Assembly: GCA_028534125.1 (NCBI GenBank)
Contig: CM052816.1
Location: 16,556,001 to 16,620,000 of the forward strand
Source: Lama glama
Taxonomy: Eukaryota
Length of the DNA: 64,000 nt
Direction: 5' to 3'
Positions within the stretch are counted from its first letter, which is position 1. Each line of letters starts with the position of its first letter. A program made the translations under genes and the position numbers. Shown here piece after piece: positions 38,201 through 50,811 of this stretch. The notes beneath the pieces are model-generated. The model had not been told where the DNA came from. It ran no database searches and saw only the letters and a program-made list of their open reading frames with translations.

Positions 38201-38919
38201 AGAGAGAGATTATCAGTGACTAGAACTAGCGGAAAGACCAAGAGAGAAACAAGAGACCAGTTATAGAGACTGACCTAAGGAAGACATAGGCCATATGTCA
38301 GACTGAGACTGTGGGAGAGAAGAAAGGAAGATTGGAAAGAGAGAGGAAGGAAGAAGACGATTCTCAGGTGACAATAGTGTTGAGATTGAGGATTTCTTGG
38401 CACAGCCAGAGGCAGCTCCATGTAGAAATACCCCCGGGGGGCCTGGGAGAGCCCTTGGAAGAAGAGCCATATCTCCCAGCCACCAACCCCCTCCCCAAAA
38501 GGACAGTATCCACAGGTGCCCATCTCAGATGTAGGGGCTCTTTCAAGAGGCAGACGATGTGCATTCTCCGGCCTGATCACATCACAGGTATTGCAAGCCT
38601 GGAGACTCAGCCCCTCCCTCCCCAGGCCTGCCCCCGCCCACCCTTTCCCATCAGTCTGCCTGGTGCTGACTGGGGAGTCAGCAATTCTGGGGGCCTCGCC
38701 AAATCCAGCAAAGGAGGGCCTGACCTCCCCTCACCGTAATTATCTGTCTCATAAAAAATAGGCATTGAACTTCATAAAACCAATTAAGACTTCAGGGCCA
38801 GGGCACAGGAGCAAGCAGGAGTCCAGGCAGCTCTGGCGACAGTGGGAGCCAACTCTAAGGGCAGAGCAGTACCTGACAGCTCCCTCCTCTCAGCCCCAGC
38901 CCCAAAGGCTGCAAAGCTC

Positions 38920-39003
38920 CTGCAGATGCAACAGAAGAGGCTGAGGTCAGACCTAAGGAAAAACTGGCAGACTGGCTGGCAAGGGCAGTGAGCACTGGGA
39001 TGG
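38920..39003 (+). mobile_element. Possible L3/CR1 relic
   Basis: gcaacagaagaggctgaggtcagacctaaggaaaaact...cactgggatgg resembles the CR1/L3 3' ORF2 region. Confidence 0.4.
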
Positions 39004-39499
39004 TTTTTTCCCTTTTGTGACCAGCAGTCCAACAGAGCCTGGTTTCTCCCTCTATAGCCCCCGCTCTGGTTCCAGAAAACCTCAAGAGCTTCCCATCGAG
39101 TTACCAAGGCAACCACAGCCCAGCAAGATTCACATTGATGATGGAGAGAAAAAGCAGAAACTGACAGCAGCCCCACGACATGCTGCGAGGGTTGGGGCAT
39201 ACATCCTAGCGTGAGCAAGTGGGCAAAGGCTTTGGGCCAGAGCAGACATCCCCTGCCTCCCTGTCCAGTCAGTTCCAGGACTTGTTTTCCTACAGTTTGT
39301 GGCCAGTCCCAGGTGGGTGAGAAGACAGCATCAAAGCTTCCCTCACTGCAAGAGGGGGATTGTGGCTGGCTCTTCCACAGCTTTCCAAAATGGCCGATGC
39401 TGCGGCTCCCTACCCCTGCTTTTAAAATCCAGTGGGACTCTCTTTCATAACCACCTGCTCTCTCCCTTAGAGAGGCAGTGTTGCTAAGGGATCATGAGT

Positions 39500-39890
39500 A
39501 TGAACTGCTTTATCAGACAGAAGTGGATTTGGCTCTTGGCCTGGTCACTTTCTAGGACTCTGTGGCCTTGGGCAAGTCATTTCTCTCTCAGTCCGTTTCC
39601 TTAGCTGAAAATGGGGATCTGATAAGTCCCCAGGACTTAATAATATCATACATATATGTGCTTGTGCGGGGCCTGGCACTGGGTTAATATAAAAAATAGC
39701 TGATAAAATTTTATCTTTATTATTACTATTTTAATTTTTATTATCATTATGTGCCTCTGTTTACTCATCTGTAAAATAGGAATCATGATTCAATGGGTTG
39801 AAGATTAAGCAAGATAAAGTATGTAAAATGCTTAGAACAATATCTTACACATAGAAAGTACGTAATGGTTCGGAGCTGTTAGTATTATAA
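39500..39890 (+). mobile_element. Two MIR copies
   Basis: tgtggccttgggcaagtcattt...; ctctgtttactcatctgtaaaatagg...gtaaaatgcttagaacaa. Confidence 0.8.
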
Positions 39891-42800
39891 TTTCTACATC
39901 TCCCCCCACCATCACCCCACAAGGCCTTCAGATTATATACCTAGAAGCTATCACTGAGCTGGCCTAAACTCCTAGATTTTGAAGCTTCTGGAATTGTAGT
40001 AAACTTCTAACTCACTTTGGACCAAGAATAACCCTTTGACTTTTACACTCCCTCACTTCCATCTCAGGAGCCTGAGGTTCCCTGAGCAGGCTGATGTCCA
40101 GCTAGATCAGCACCCTGGAGGAAAGGGGTAAATGATCATTCAGAATGGAAAAAGGTTTTGTCCCTACACCGAGGGCCAGATGCCAAGCTGGGGGAGGGGA
40201 CACAAGAGAACGGATGAAAGACCACATGGGTGGAGCTACAGTGCCTCTTAAACGTTCTTTTGCTGGTCCAGCTGAGGCCTCATTTCCATAAGGAGATCTC
40301 GGATATGGTGAGCAAGTGCAGGTTGCTCCCAAACCTTCACCTTCTTCCTGTCTGAAAACACCAACATTCCTCCAGGGCCCAGTCACACTTTAGACCTTTG
40401 AGACCCATGAACAGCCTGGTTTGTGATGCAGTCTTCCTCATCCTCAGCACTTTCCACACAACTGTACCTCACTGGTCCAACTGCACAGGTAGGTGTCCCA
40501 GGGTCTCCAGGGTGTGCTGTAAGCTAAAGCTTGCACTAAAACTGCAGCTGGAAGAACTCAGGTGAAACCTCAGGACAATATCCTAGTTGAAGGAGCTGGA
40601 AGACACAGGGAGAAGACTACAGATAAGCTTCGGAATTCACCTCGCTACAGATTTTCAATCAGAGAAGGCCCAGTCCCTAATGTCTAATGACCTAGAGCTT
40701 GAGAGTCAATGCCTCAGTTTGGGGTGAGTGCGGCTGGGACTGTCCACACTCTTAAGACACTGGAGAAAGTCTCATAAGACATTGGGCAGTTCTCATGCCC
40801 GACCTGGCCAGGGCCTACAAAACTGAGCTTGTTTTTCTCTTTCCCTAACCCCCTTCCTCTGTAGCCTGGAGGACTGCTGCCTTAATGCTCACAGTAAACC
40901 TGAGGCCCTGTGGGATGAAGTGGGCTCTAATGGCCTGGGAATTCCTACAGAGCCAGACTCTAGGGAGGACCAGTAACTTTGAGTTCTGAAATCAGAGACC
41001 ACTTCTGAAGGTGACTTGGACATGTCCTCCCTCAGAATAAATTCATAGACTCAGACCTGTGCCCTCAGCTCTGCTTACCAACAATACCTTTGTCTCCAGC
41101 CCAGAGAGCCCATCTTCTACACCAGTCTCTATATACTGGCCTCCGCCCATTCTTTGGACAGAGAGAATTTCTGATACAGGCATTCTACCCTCCCTATGCC
41201 CATAAGTCGTAACTCACATAGGCCCTGTTACTGGAGAGGAAAAATTTCTGAGGGTAGGTGGTCTTGGGATGACTGGGTGGGGGATGAGAAAGTCTAACGG
41301 AGATAACTGGAAAAAAGCAGGAGTGGGAGCAGGAAAGAGGAAGTCTCCTCTTTCACGGGCTTTTCCTCAAGGCAGCTGCTGCCCCAAAAGCCCCAGCTGT
41401 GACAGCTACAGGTCAGGAATGAGCCACACCCTCACCGACCTGCTCAGCAATCCCTCTGTACCCCATATTCATCAGATTCCCAGACAGGTCCAGGAACAGT
41501 CACAGAGGACTGTATTAGGTCCAGGAAAGAGAGAAAAAGCCTTTTCCCCCCTCCAATGAAGAACCTAGTGGGTAGCATATGGCTATTAGCAAAACAGATT
41601 AATCTGAAAGTCATTCTGAAGAAAATTCAGAACCCCAAAGATAGCTAAAGCAGGGTCAGGTGCTGGGGACTGGCAAGCGGCCAGGAGTTACACATTCCCA
41701 AAACTGGAACCCGCCTGGTCTTGGCTGTGACTCCCAGATAGAGACCTGCCTTACTAACTGATCTCCCAGAGGCAGAAGTCAGGTTCCTTTCATCCTAAGG
41801 AGTCTCAAGGACAGTTTAGAAAAGCCAGTTTTCTCTCAAGTCTCTGTCTCTGCCTGCTAGAAAAAGATTGTTTCCAGTTCTCAAAGGCTCTGTTCTGCTT
41901 ACCCTCAGATTGACAAGTGGACAGACAAAATTTCTAATGTTCTCAGAGTCCAGGCTGAAGATGGTCACCCCACCCCAGATCCTCTCCTGGGATGACCAGG
42001 GAGTGCCCCTGCTGTCTAGTTTGTCTGAGGCCAATTGAGGGTGGAGGAAGGAAGTCCTGTTAGAGATGATTCTAGTTGCCCATGCTTTATGCTGCCCCTT
42101 CTATACACTGCCAGAGCCTGAATCAGAGCTGAATTTTGGCAGGGGTCACCGAGGAGGGGAACTTCCAGCAAGCAGTCAACTTGGGAGAAGGACAACACAC
42201 TGGAGCCCTGCGGCCTGGCATCTGGGCGCATGCCCAGAGCTCAGAGGAGGACTGGACTGTCCAGTCTCCAGATGACCCTGGCTTCAGAAAAAGTCATGTT
42301 CCACGTACCAAATCAGCTGCCTCCTCTGAGCCTCAGAGAGAAGATGCTGTGCCAGATTCAGTGAATCACCTCAATGAGTGCGTGGTGGGAAATCTGCCAG
42401 CCTCAGGGAGCACAGGCGAGACCTTGCTTCTCCTCAGCAACTCCCTCAGCTGCCAGTGAAACTCGACCAAATTTACCACTGATAATACACATAATAATAG
42501 CTGTTTCGAAGAGGACCTCTGGCTCCAACGTCTATCAGCTCAGGAGAGACTAGAAGACTCTTCAGGTCTCTTTAGCTCCGACATTCTGTGAGCCTATAGG
42601 ATTCCACAGCCCACCCCTAGAGGGTGCCTTCCCTCCTGACCACCCATGACTCCCCACTCCTGGTTCTTTCTTTAATCTGATTTAAATCCATCTTGCTGCA
42701 TCCTAAATAGTGGCAGCTAGAAGGGAAGGTCTTCTTCCAACACCTCCTGTTTTCAAGATCAGAGCTTGAGGAAAGGGGAAAACAGATAGGACACTGAGAA

Positions 42801-44149
42801 ATTCAGGGAAGAGAAAGAGCAAAATAAGGAGTGGAGAGATGCCAGCTAAGACTCAAGTTAGTATCTGAAAAAAAACCATCTGATTGGCTGGAGAGGTAGG
42901 GAACAAGCCTCAGCATTGTCTCCAGTTGTTTTCCCTCTAAACATTTCTTCGTAGCTGCATCTCTGCACTCCCACCACACGTAGGTGTGAGTGTGCATGCA
43001 CATGTACACATATGCGCTTAGCCTGTGGGGAAGGCCTAGCTGTGTATGGGGCTACAGAGGGCAGCAATCCTCTCCTAGCCAGAGAATTCTGTCTCCAACT
43101 GCATAATTATCTCCCCCTTCCACATCTCCCACTCCTAGCCTCCAAGCCTTTAGCACTAGGTCTTTGTGATTTCAAAACAGCTCCCTCCGTGAGTGCCACA
43201 TCCAGGGAGTGCTAAGTTGGTCGAATGGAAGGAGAGCCAGTCCTCTTCCCTCCAGAGCACTATTCCATCAATCTCCCTTTACCTCCTCTTCCCTCCCCCT
43301 CTTTCATCACTGCTGATGACAACTGCAAAAACAGTCCTCCTCACCCTGAGCCTTGCCATGGACTACAGGGGCTATGCCTACTTGTGGGGTGGGGGCGGGG
43401 TGGGGGGGTGTCTGGGCACCAACATTCCTAGCAATGCCAATACCCTCTGCCTCCCTTCTCCCACAGTTAAAGAAACAAAAGGGAAAGCCCTCCCAGCTAA
43501 TCTCTAGAGCCACTTGGCAGTTACCCCAGCTTCCCCAAATCCCTGCCCAGGCTGCCCCCAACCCTGCCCTCCCAAGGTAGCCTGTATTTCTCAGACCTTG
43601 GAAAGTCACTGCAGGATATCTCACCCTGAAAGACAGATGTGCTCATGGGATGCAGGGAGACAGTGATGAATTTGCCCACACACTAGCAACCTACTTCCAT
43701 TAACTCCTGTGTCCAAATAATTTCTTTAAATCACCAAAGATGAGGTTGGGGGAGGGGAAGGTAAATCTGTGACATCAATCTTCAGTGGGGATTCCTCCTT
43801 CAAACCTGGTCAGGGCTGGGCAGGAGAAAAACCCTGTATGCACATACTCTGAGGGCTTCTGGGGCAAAGGGATGGAAATGAGACTCCCTCCTCTCCCCAA
43901 CCCCTGATGCTGCCCCACAGCATCTCCTGTAACCTCAGTTATCTTCCAGCCATCCCACTCCCTTGGGGCCTTGAAGAAACAACACAGATATGGGCTTATG
44001 CACACCTTCCTGGAGGTTTCAGGGCTCTGGCTACTCCTGGATGGGGTAGGGCTGTCCTCAGAGCATTCTGACCCCTCAAGGCAGACAAGAGAGCATCCCT
44101 GTGTGATCAGAATCCAGGGGGACCCAAAAGGGCAGGGCATGAGAAGAAT

Positions 44150-44310
44150 AACTAAGATCTGTACTGCAATTCCCAGTTTACTTGTTCCTTCTCAAACTAC
44201 CTCATTTTACAGATGAAAAAGTAGAGACTCAGAGGGGTTGACTTGCCCAAAGCTACCAGCTAGAAAAGAGACAGATTTGAGTCAAGCACTGTTCTTCTAT
44301 CTCCAAAGCA
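44150..44310 (-). mobile_element. MIR
   Basis: ctcattttacagatgaaaaagtagagactcagaggggttgacttgcccaaag. Confidence 0.75.
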
Positions 44311-46487
44311 TCCTTCAGGGAGCTCATGTTCTGGTAGGATAGGAGGCCAGGAAACAGATAACATTTCAGTTGCTAAGTATGTCCACCTACCCTTGCTCTG
44401 GAACATAGTATCATCAGCTCAAACTACAGTTCTAGCCCCTGCCCTGCTTATACTGCCTGCCTCCAAGCCAGCTCCAGCTGGGATGTTTGTACATCTTGGG
44501 AATAGGCCAGATGGGGCCCAGAAAGCAGAAGGGACAAAGAAGGGAAATGCTGGCATTTCTCCAGGGCCCAGGAGCAGGGCAGATGGGCCTGAACAGACCA
44601 TGTGGGAAGCTGGGCTACAGGAAAATAGTGGGCACAATGTGGCCTGGCTGAAACATGGCTTTGCCCAACTGGCAACAGAGCACTTCTCCCTTCCTCCATT
44701 CTCACCAACCCTCTCCAAACTGTCTGCTTCAGATGTGATTCCCCCCTCCCCAACAAAGGGGCTGGCATGTGGAGGGATGTTGTGAACAATTACTGACATC
44801 GTAGCCTTCTTCCAGCAGCAGCAGGCTGGGGAGCTGGCAACCCAGACCACAATAGAAACAGTTTGAGATGGTATGTTCCAGCAGATTGGAGAGGGTTCCC
44901 CATGGCTCAAACCTGAGGCTAAGGGGCCAGAATGGAAAAAGCAGGAAAGAGGAGGCCTGCAAACTCTTGGCCAACCAGTCAGCTTATTGATAGACTGAAA
45001 TGCAGGCACCCATTTGGGCTCTCCCTGCCTGAAAGGAGAAAAGTCAGCATTATCCAGCCTGTGATTCTGATGGCTGTTGAGGCTCAATGTTTGAGTCCCC
45101 CTTAGAGGTACTCAACCTGTCCCAGAAACGAGGAGAGGGCAAGCAGGAACTAGTCGCTGGCACATGCTGACTCCCTTCATTCCTCTTAATAGAAGAAACT
45201 CATCTCCTCTCTCAAGTATTTCACTGAAGGAGGTAGTAGAGGGAGAATATCTTTCCTTCCCAGCATCTTGAAGAGCTGCCAGTAGTCTGAATTATCTAGT
45301 GGAACCAAGCACATCATGAGATGCCAGGAAGAGCAAGAGACAAATACTTTGAGATTGGATTCAAGGCATGGCTTCATCTCTGAGAACATTATCTGGTTAC
45401 CCTTAAATCAGGGCATTCCAAATACTCATTCCATAAATCTAAACCACAGAACCCAAATTCTTTAAGATCAGCTGCAGAAGTAGCAGCCAACATAGAACTG
45501 TAGAGTCTTAGAGCTAAATGGTCCTCAGGGATTTCTCAGATTCCAGGCCAAAGGCCCTCATCATCTGTTTGGTGACAAAACAAAGTCTGGTCTTTTAGAT
45601 TTTGAAGGGGGAAGCAGGTGATGCAGGAGAGAGACTTTCATGTACAGAGGTGCTCAATAAACTCTGGATGAGGACCATTGGTATAGGAATATGCTTCCAA
45701 AGAAGCTCACTGTCTTCTAATGTAGGAGAGAAAAGACTATAGAGTAGGAGTGGGGAACTCTTGCTCTTTTAGCCAAGGTGACCAAGGGACCTACTCTGCA
45801 TTTCTATCAAAATGGAGGTAGGAGGACAGGTTACCATTAGATGGGCCTCCTACACTGGCATGAATCATTCTCAGGACACCTCTGAGCCTGCCTAGGCCCT
45901 GATCTTTGTCTTGATGCTTCTTTCTAGCTGAGGCTGGGAAGCTGGTGCAAACATTCACATCCTCACTCTTCACAGCGCTGCCATTAAGGAGCCTAATTAG
46001 CAGAGCCCCATGCTGGGCTGCTAATGGGTTGGAGACATTAAGTATAAATGGTTTCCCAGTCATGGGCAAGAGCAGAGCTCAGGAAGAAACAAATATTTTA
46101 ATCTCAAAGAAATCTAGGAGGGGAAGGGGTTCCCTCTGCATCTATTGTTCTCCCATCCTCCACCAGCAACAGTTTCTGCGATTCTTAGATTCAGGAATTC
46201 CCTGCCTGAGGAGGGCCTCCCCCCACCTCCATGCAAGGCAGGCAGCTGTGGGGAAGAGATCTGAATTCCCCTAATATGGGAATAGAAATCAATTCTCAAA
46301 GATTCGCAGGGAGGTTTATTCCTGGGACTAAGGCCCTTGGCCAACAAACCTGATGGTCAGGAAACCCTCAACATCTAATTTAATTTTGTGATAACTCAAG
46401 GCCCACTTTCCTGTAGCTGGGGAACTGGGGAAAGGACTGCAGTAGAAGGTCAGGGATGGGACAACTGTAAACCCGAATTAGTTGCTC

Positions 46488-46677
46488 TAGTGTTTCTCCC
46501 AATGCGGTTGGGATAAGCAGCAGCAGCAGCAGCAGCAGCAGCTGGGAACTTTGTACGAATGTAAATTCTCAGGCCCTACCCCAGACCTACTGAATTAGTA
46601 AATTCTGGGTGTGATGACCAGAAATCTTATTTTAACAAGCCCTCCAAGTAGTTCCAATACTTGTTTAAGGGCCACTG
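46488..46677 (+). mobile_element. MER5A hAT-Charlie MITE
   Basis: tagtgtttctc...aaattctcaggccctaccccagacctactgaatt...ttttaacaagccctcca...ccactg, ~190 bp. Confidence 0.88.
46516..46542 (+). repeat. (AGC)9 / (CAG)8 microsatellite
   Basis: Perfect 27-bp trinucleotide run inside MER5A. Confidence 0.95.
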
Positions 46678-47743
46678 CTCTTGGCTCTACCTCTCAGATG
46701 GGAGGGGAATGTTAAGAGAAGAAAAAAAATTAGGAGGGGATGCAACAAGCAGCTTCATCCAAAGGAAAAGAAAAATGGAGCTTTCCCAATGTGGAAATCC
46801 AAAGCTAGGCCTCTGAGGAGTCCTCTGATCTCGGACTATAAATGTCAGAGCAGTGTCTAAGCGGCTCTGCATGGAGGAGTCTGGGGAAAATAACCAACCC
46901 TGAACTTTTGCATTTTGCCCAGAGCAGGAAAAGATAATGGAACAACGGTTTCAGGTAATTTATCTCCTGCTCAGCTTTTCTGAGCTACCTTTCCCTCCAG
47001 CTGGGCACCCCCTGAGACTCCTATCCCTCCTTTCCATCTCCCCAGCCCTCTGGCCACTCCCTGTGTCTTATGTCTTTTCCCTTCATGCGCTGAATGAGAA
47101 CTATTTCAAACCGTTTCTTAAGCAGACCAGCAATGAGTGAGGCCCTACTCCATGTGGAGTAAGAGAAAGAAGCCCATCATAACGTAGAACTGTAACCTGT
47201 AATGGGGCAGCCTCTCTTCATATCCACCCCTCTTTCCCCACCCAGGCCACACCAGTTCACAGTGCTGCCACAGAGAAAGAGAGGAGCCACTCTTTCCCTG
47301 ACCTTTTATACTGCTCCTGAATGGCAGACGAGCAAAGTTAAAAAAAAAAAAAAAAAAAAGAACAAAATAATTTAGGCTTCTAACCAACTTGTAAGTTTCC
47401 TGAGGGCCAGTACTGATCTATAGCTTTTTCTCCTTTTATATCCACCATACTAGATACCTGTCATACTGGCTGCCTAATGAACATCTGATAAATTGAACTG
47501 CTGAAGGGAGTGCCCAGAAGCAAGAAACTAATGAGTCTGTTTCCAAACTGGAACCACAACAGAGACCAAGAAATAAGTCCTCCCTGAAATGATTATGAAA
47601 GAATCCCCATCCTGCTGCCTTTGAGCCCAGGCACTGCCATCTTGGTCCATTCATTCACACAAGAATTTATAGCACACCTGCTCTGTGTGGACCCTAGATC
47701 TTAACAGTCTAGAAGGGAGGAACAGATATAAAACAAGTAAACA

Positions 47744-47999
47744 GTGAGAAGGGACAAATTGGCAGTTTGAGATTTGCAGGTACTAACTACTATATATAGA
47801 ACAGATAAACAACAAGTTTATACTGTATAGCACAGGGAATTATATTCAATATCCTATAGTAACCAATAATGAAAAATATGAAAACGAATATGTATGTATA
47901 TGTAAGACTGGCCTATTATGCTATACATCAGAAACTGGCAGATTTTAACCTAACTATATTTCAAGAAAAAATTAATTAATTAAATAAATAAAATAAAGT
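47744..47999 (+). mobile_element. 5'-truncated lineage-specific (cetartiodactyl/camelid-type) L1 3' end
   Basis: gaagggacaaattggcagtttgagatttgcagg...aaacaacaagtttatactgtatagcacagggaattatattcaata... with an A-rich tail. TSD aagtaaaca at 47735-47743 and 48000-48008. Confidence 0.92.
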
Positions 48000-49256
48000 A
48001 AGTAAACATGTATTTCAGGTGATGCTAATTGTCTTGGGGAAAAAAAGTAGTGTAAAGGGGTTAGGGATGGTGGGAACAGGAGTCAAGAAAAGCCAGCTTG
48101 AGGAGGTAGCATGTGAGCAGACACCTGAAGGCAGTGAAGGAGCTAGACCTGCTATCAGGAAGAGTGTTCCACGCAGAGAGAAAAGCAACGCAAGAGCTCT
48201 GAGGTGGGGGCATTTTGCAAGGAGTCCAGCATGGCTGCAGTGGAATAAACAAGGGGGAGAGAGATAGGAGATGAGGTCAGAGAGAAACTGGTGCTCAAAT
48301 TATATAGGGCCTTACAGACCACAATAAGGATGTTAGGAAGATGGCAGAGTGTAGGACCATGAGCTTGTCTCTCCTCGTGACTACAACGAAACCACAACTG
48401 AATGCTAAACAACCACCGAAAAAAGACTGGAACCTAGCAAGAAAGGTCTTCTGCAACTTAAAGAGGGAACCACAGCAGGACAGTTGGAGGGGTGTGCTCA
48501 TGATATAACTGGGCTCCATACCCCTCCTGTGGGCGACCCACAAGCTGAAGATTTATTAAGTCACAGAGGCCCTCCCATAGGAGTAAGGACTCTAAACCCC
48601 ACATCAGGCTCCCCAGCTCAGGTTCCGGCACTGGGAAGAGAAGAAGACCCCAGGACCTCTGGTTTTGAAGGCCAGAGGAGCTTGGCTCTGGGAGCCTCAT
48701 GGGACTGAAGAAAACAGAGACTCCATTTGCTTGGGAAGCGTACACGGAAAGTCACGTGCACCAGGTCCAAGGGCAGAGGCAGTAATTCCACAGGAACCTG
48801 GGCCATACCTGTCTGCTGGATTTGGAGGGTCTCCTGGGGACGTCAGGGATGGCTGCAGCTCACTCAGGGGATATAAAAGCTGGTGGCGGACATTCCAGGA
48901 GTATTAATCTACATGAGCTTTTCTGGAGGCTGACATCTTGATTGGATCATTAGTACCAAGACCTAGCCCCACCCAACAGCCTGTAGGGAAGCCTCAGGCC
49001 AAACAACATACAGGGTGGGAACACAGCCCTACCCATCATCAGACTTCCTAAGCCACAAAGGTAGACACAGCCCTACCCACCAGAGGTCCAGGACGAAGCT
49101 TCTCCCGTAAGTGGTCAGGCACCAACTCCTCCTGCCAGGAAACCTGCATAAGCCTCTAGTCCAGCCTCATTCACCAGGGGTAGATACTAGAAAAAAGAAA
49201 ATAATAATCCCAAAGCCTGTGGAAGGAATCCACAAACACACAGAAAGATAGACACT

Positions 49257-50138
49257 ACGAGGCGGCAGAGGAATATCTCCCAGGCCAAGGCACAAGATAA
49301 AATCCCAGAAGAAATAAGTGATGAGATAGGCAATTTATCTGAGAAAGAGTTTAAAGTAATGATGGCCAAGATGTTTAGAGAACTCAAGAGGAGTATAGAT
49401 GCACAGAGAGAAGTTTTCAGCAAAGAGTTGGAAAATATAAAGAATACTCAGAGTTGAAGAATAAAATCACTGAAATGAACAATACACTAGAAGGAACCAA
49501 AGATAAACTAAATGAGACAGAAGAACAGATCAGTGAGCTAGAAGACAGATTAGTGGAAATCACTACTTCAGAATAGAAAAAAGAAAAAAGAATGAAAAGA
49601 AATGAGGATAGGTTACTAGAACTCTGGGATAACATGAAGCACACTAATCTTTGCATTATAGGGGTCTGAGAAAGAGAAGAGAGAGAGAAAGGAGCTGAGA
49701 AAATTTTTGGAGAGATAATCACTGAAAACTTCCCCAGCTTGGGAAAGGAAACAGTCACCCAAGTTCAGGAAGTGCAGAGTACCACACAGGATCAACCCAA
49801 AGAGGAACACACCAAGGCACATAGTCATCAAATTGACAACTATTAAGGATAAGGAGAAAATATTAAAATTACCAAGAGAAAAACAACAAATAACATACAA
49901 GGGGACTCCCATAAGGTTATTAGCCGATTCTTCAGCAGAAACTCTATGGGCCAGAAGAGAGTGGCAAGATACATTTAAAGTGATGAAAGGGAGAAACTTA
50001 CAACCAAGAATACTCTATCCAGCAAGGCTCTAGTTCAGACTTGATGGAGAAATCAAAAGCTTCACAGATAAACAAAAGCTAAAAGATTTCAGCACCACCA
50101 AACCAGCTTTATAACAAATGTTAAAGGACCTTCTCTAG
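49257..50138 (+). pseudogene. Disrupted L1 ORF1p (RNA-binding chaperone)
   Basis: ACG at the expected start position. N-terminus RRQRNISQAKAQDKIPEE..EIGNLSEKEFKVM, C-terminal ITYKGTPIRLLADSSAETLWARREW...LQPRILYPARL...TTKPAL. Several stops and frameshifts. Confidence 0.93.
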
Positions 50139-50197
50139 TCATCAAACCATAAGAAAAGAGAAGAAAAAGAAAAGTAAAAAAAGAGAGACCTACAAAA

Positions 50198-50698
50198 GAT
50201 TGCTTTGGCTGTTTGGTGTCATTTGCGGTTTCTTATAAATTTTGGAATTGTTCTAGTTCTGTGAGGAATATCGTGAGCATTTTGACAGAGGTGGTGTTGG
50301 ATCTGTGTATTGCTTTGGGTAGTGTGGCCATTTTGATAGTGTTGATTCCTCTAATCCAAGAGCACAAGAAATCTTTCCATTCCTTTGTGTCATTTTGGTT
50401 TTCAGAGTATAGGTAACCTCCTTGGTTAAGTTTACTTCTAGGTATTTTGTTGTTTTTGATGTAATGGAAATGTCTCTGCCAGTTATAAAATTCTGGTTTT
50501 TGAAGTGAAAAAAAAACAAACAAACCAGTGAATGAAGGGCCACAAATGGCAAAATACCCTTCTTTTTTTATGGATGAGTTGTATCTGCATCTTCATTCTC
50601 TATTCAACTATTGATGTGCACTTAGGATGCTTCCATATCTTGGCAATTATAAATAATGTTGCTGTTAACAGCAGGGTGTATGTATCTTTTTGAATTAA
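50198..50698 (-). mobile_element. Two antisense L1 ORF2 fragments inside the composite element
   Basis: 50198-~50472 encodes on minus ..DTKEWKDFLCSWIRGINTIKMATLPKAIHR..FLTELEQ (post-RT ORF2). ~50537-50698 is the antisense ORF2 C-terminal region. Confidence 0.85.
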
Positions 50699-50811
50699 TT
50701 CTTATTTTGTGGTTAGTTTTATTCCTTTGATAACTATGTAAGTTTAAAAAGCTAAAGCGCTAAACATTCTTAGAAACAATGAACAGTACATGTATGTAAA
50801 TTAAAAAATAT

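Noticed and set aside
44419..45087. Longest ORF in the track (222 aa, minus)
   Set aside because: No recognisable domain, Ser/Pro/Cys/Trp-rich composition typical of chance ORFs in GC-richer DNA, and overlapping ORFs in other frames.
47340..47359. Poly(A) run of ~20 nt
   Set aside because: No upstream retroelement body or TSD found. Treated as a simple mononucleotide repeat.
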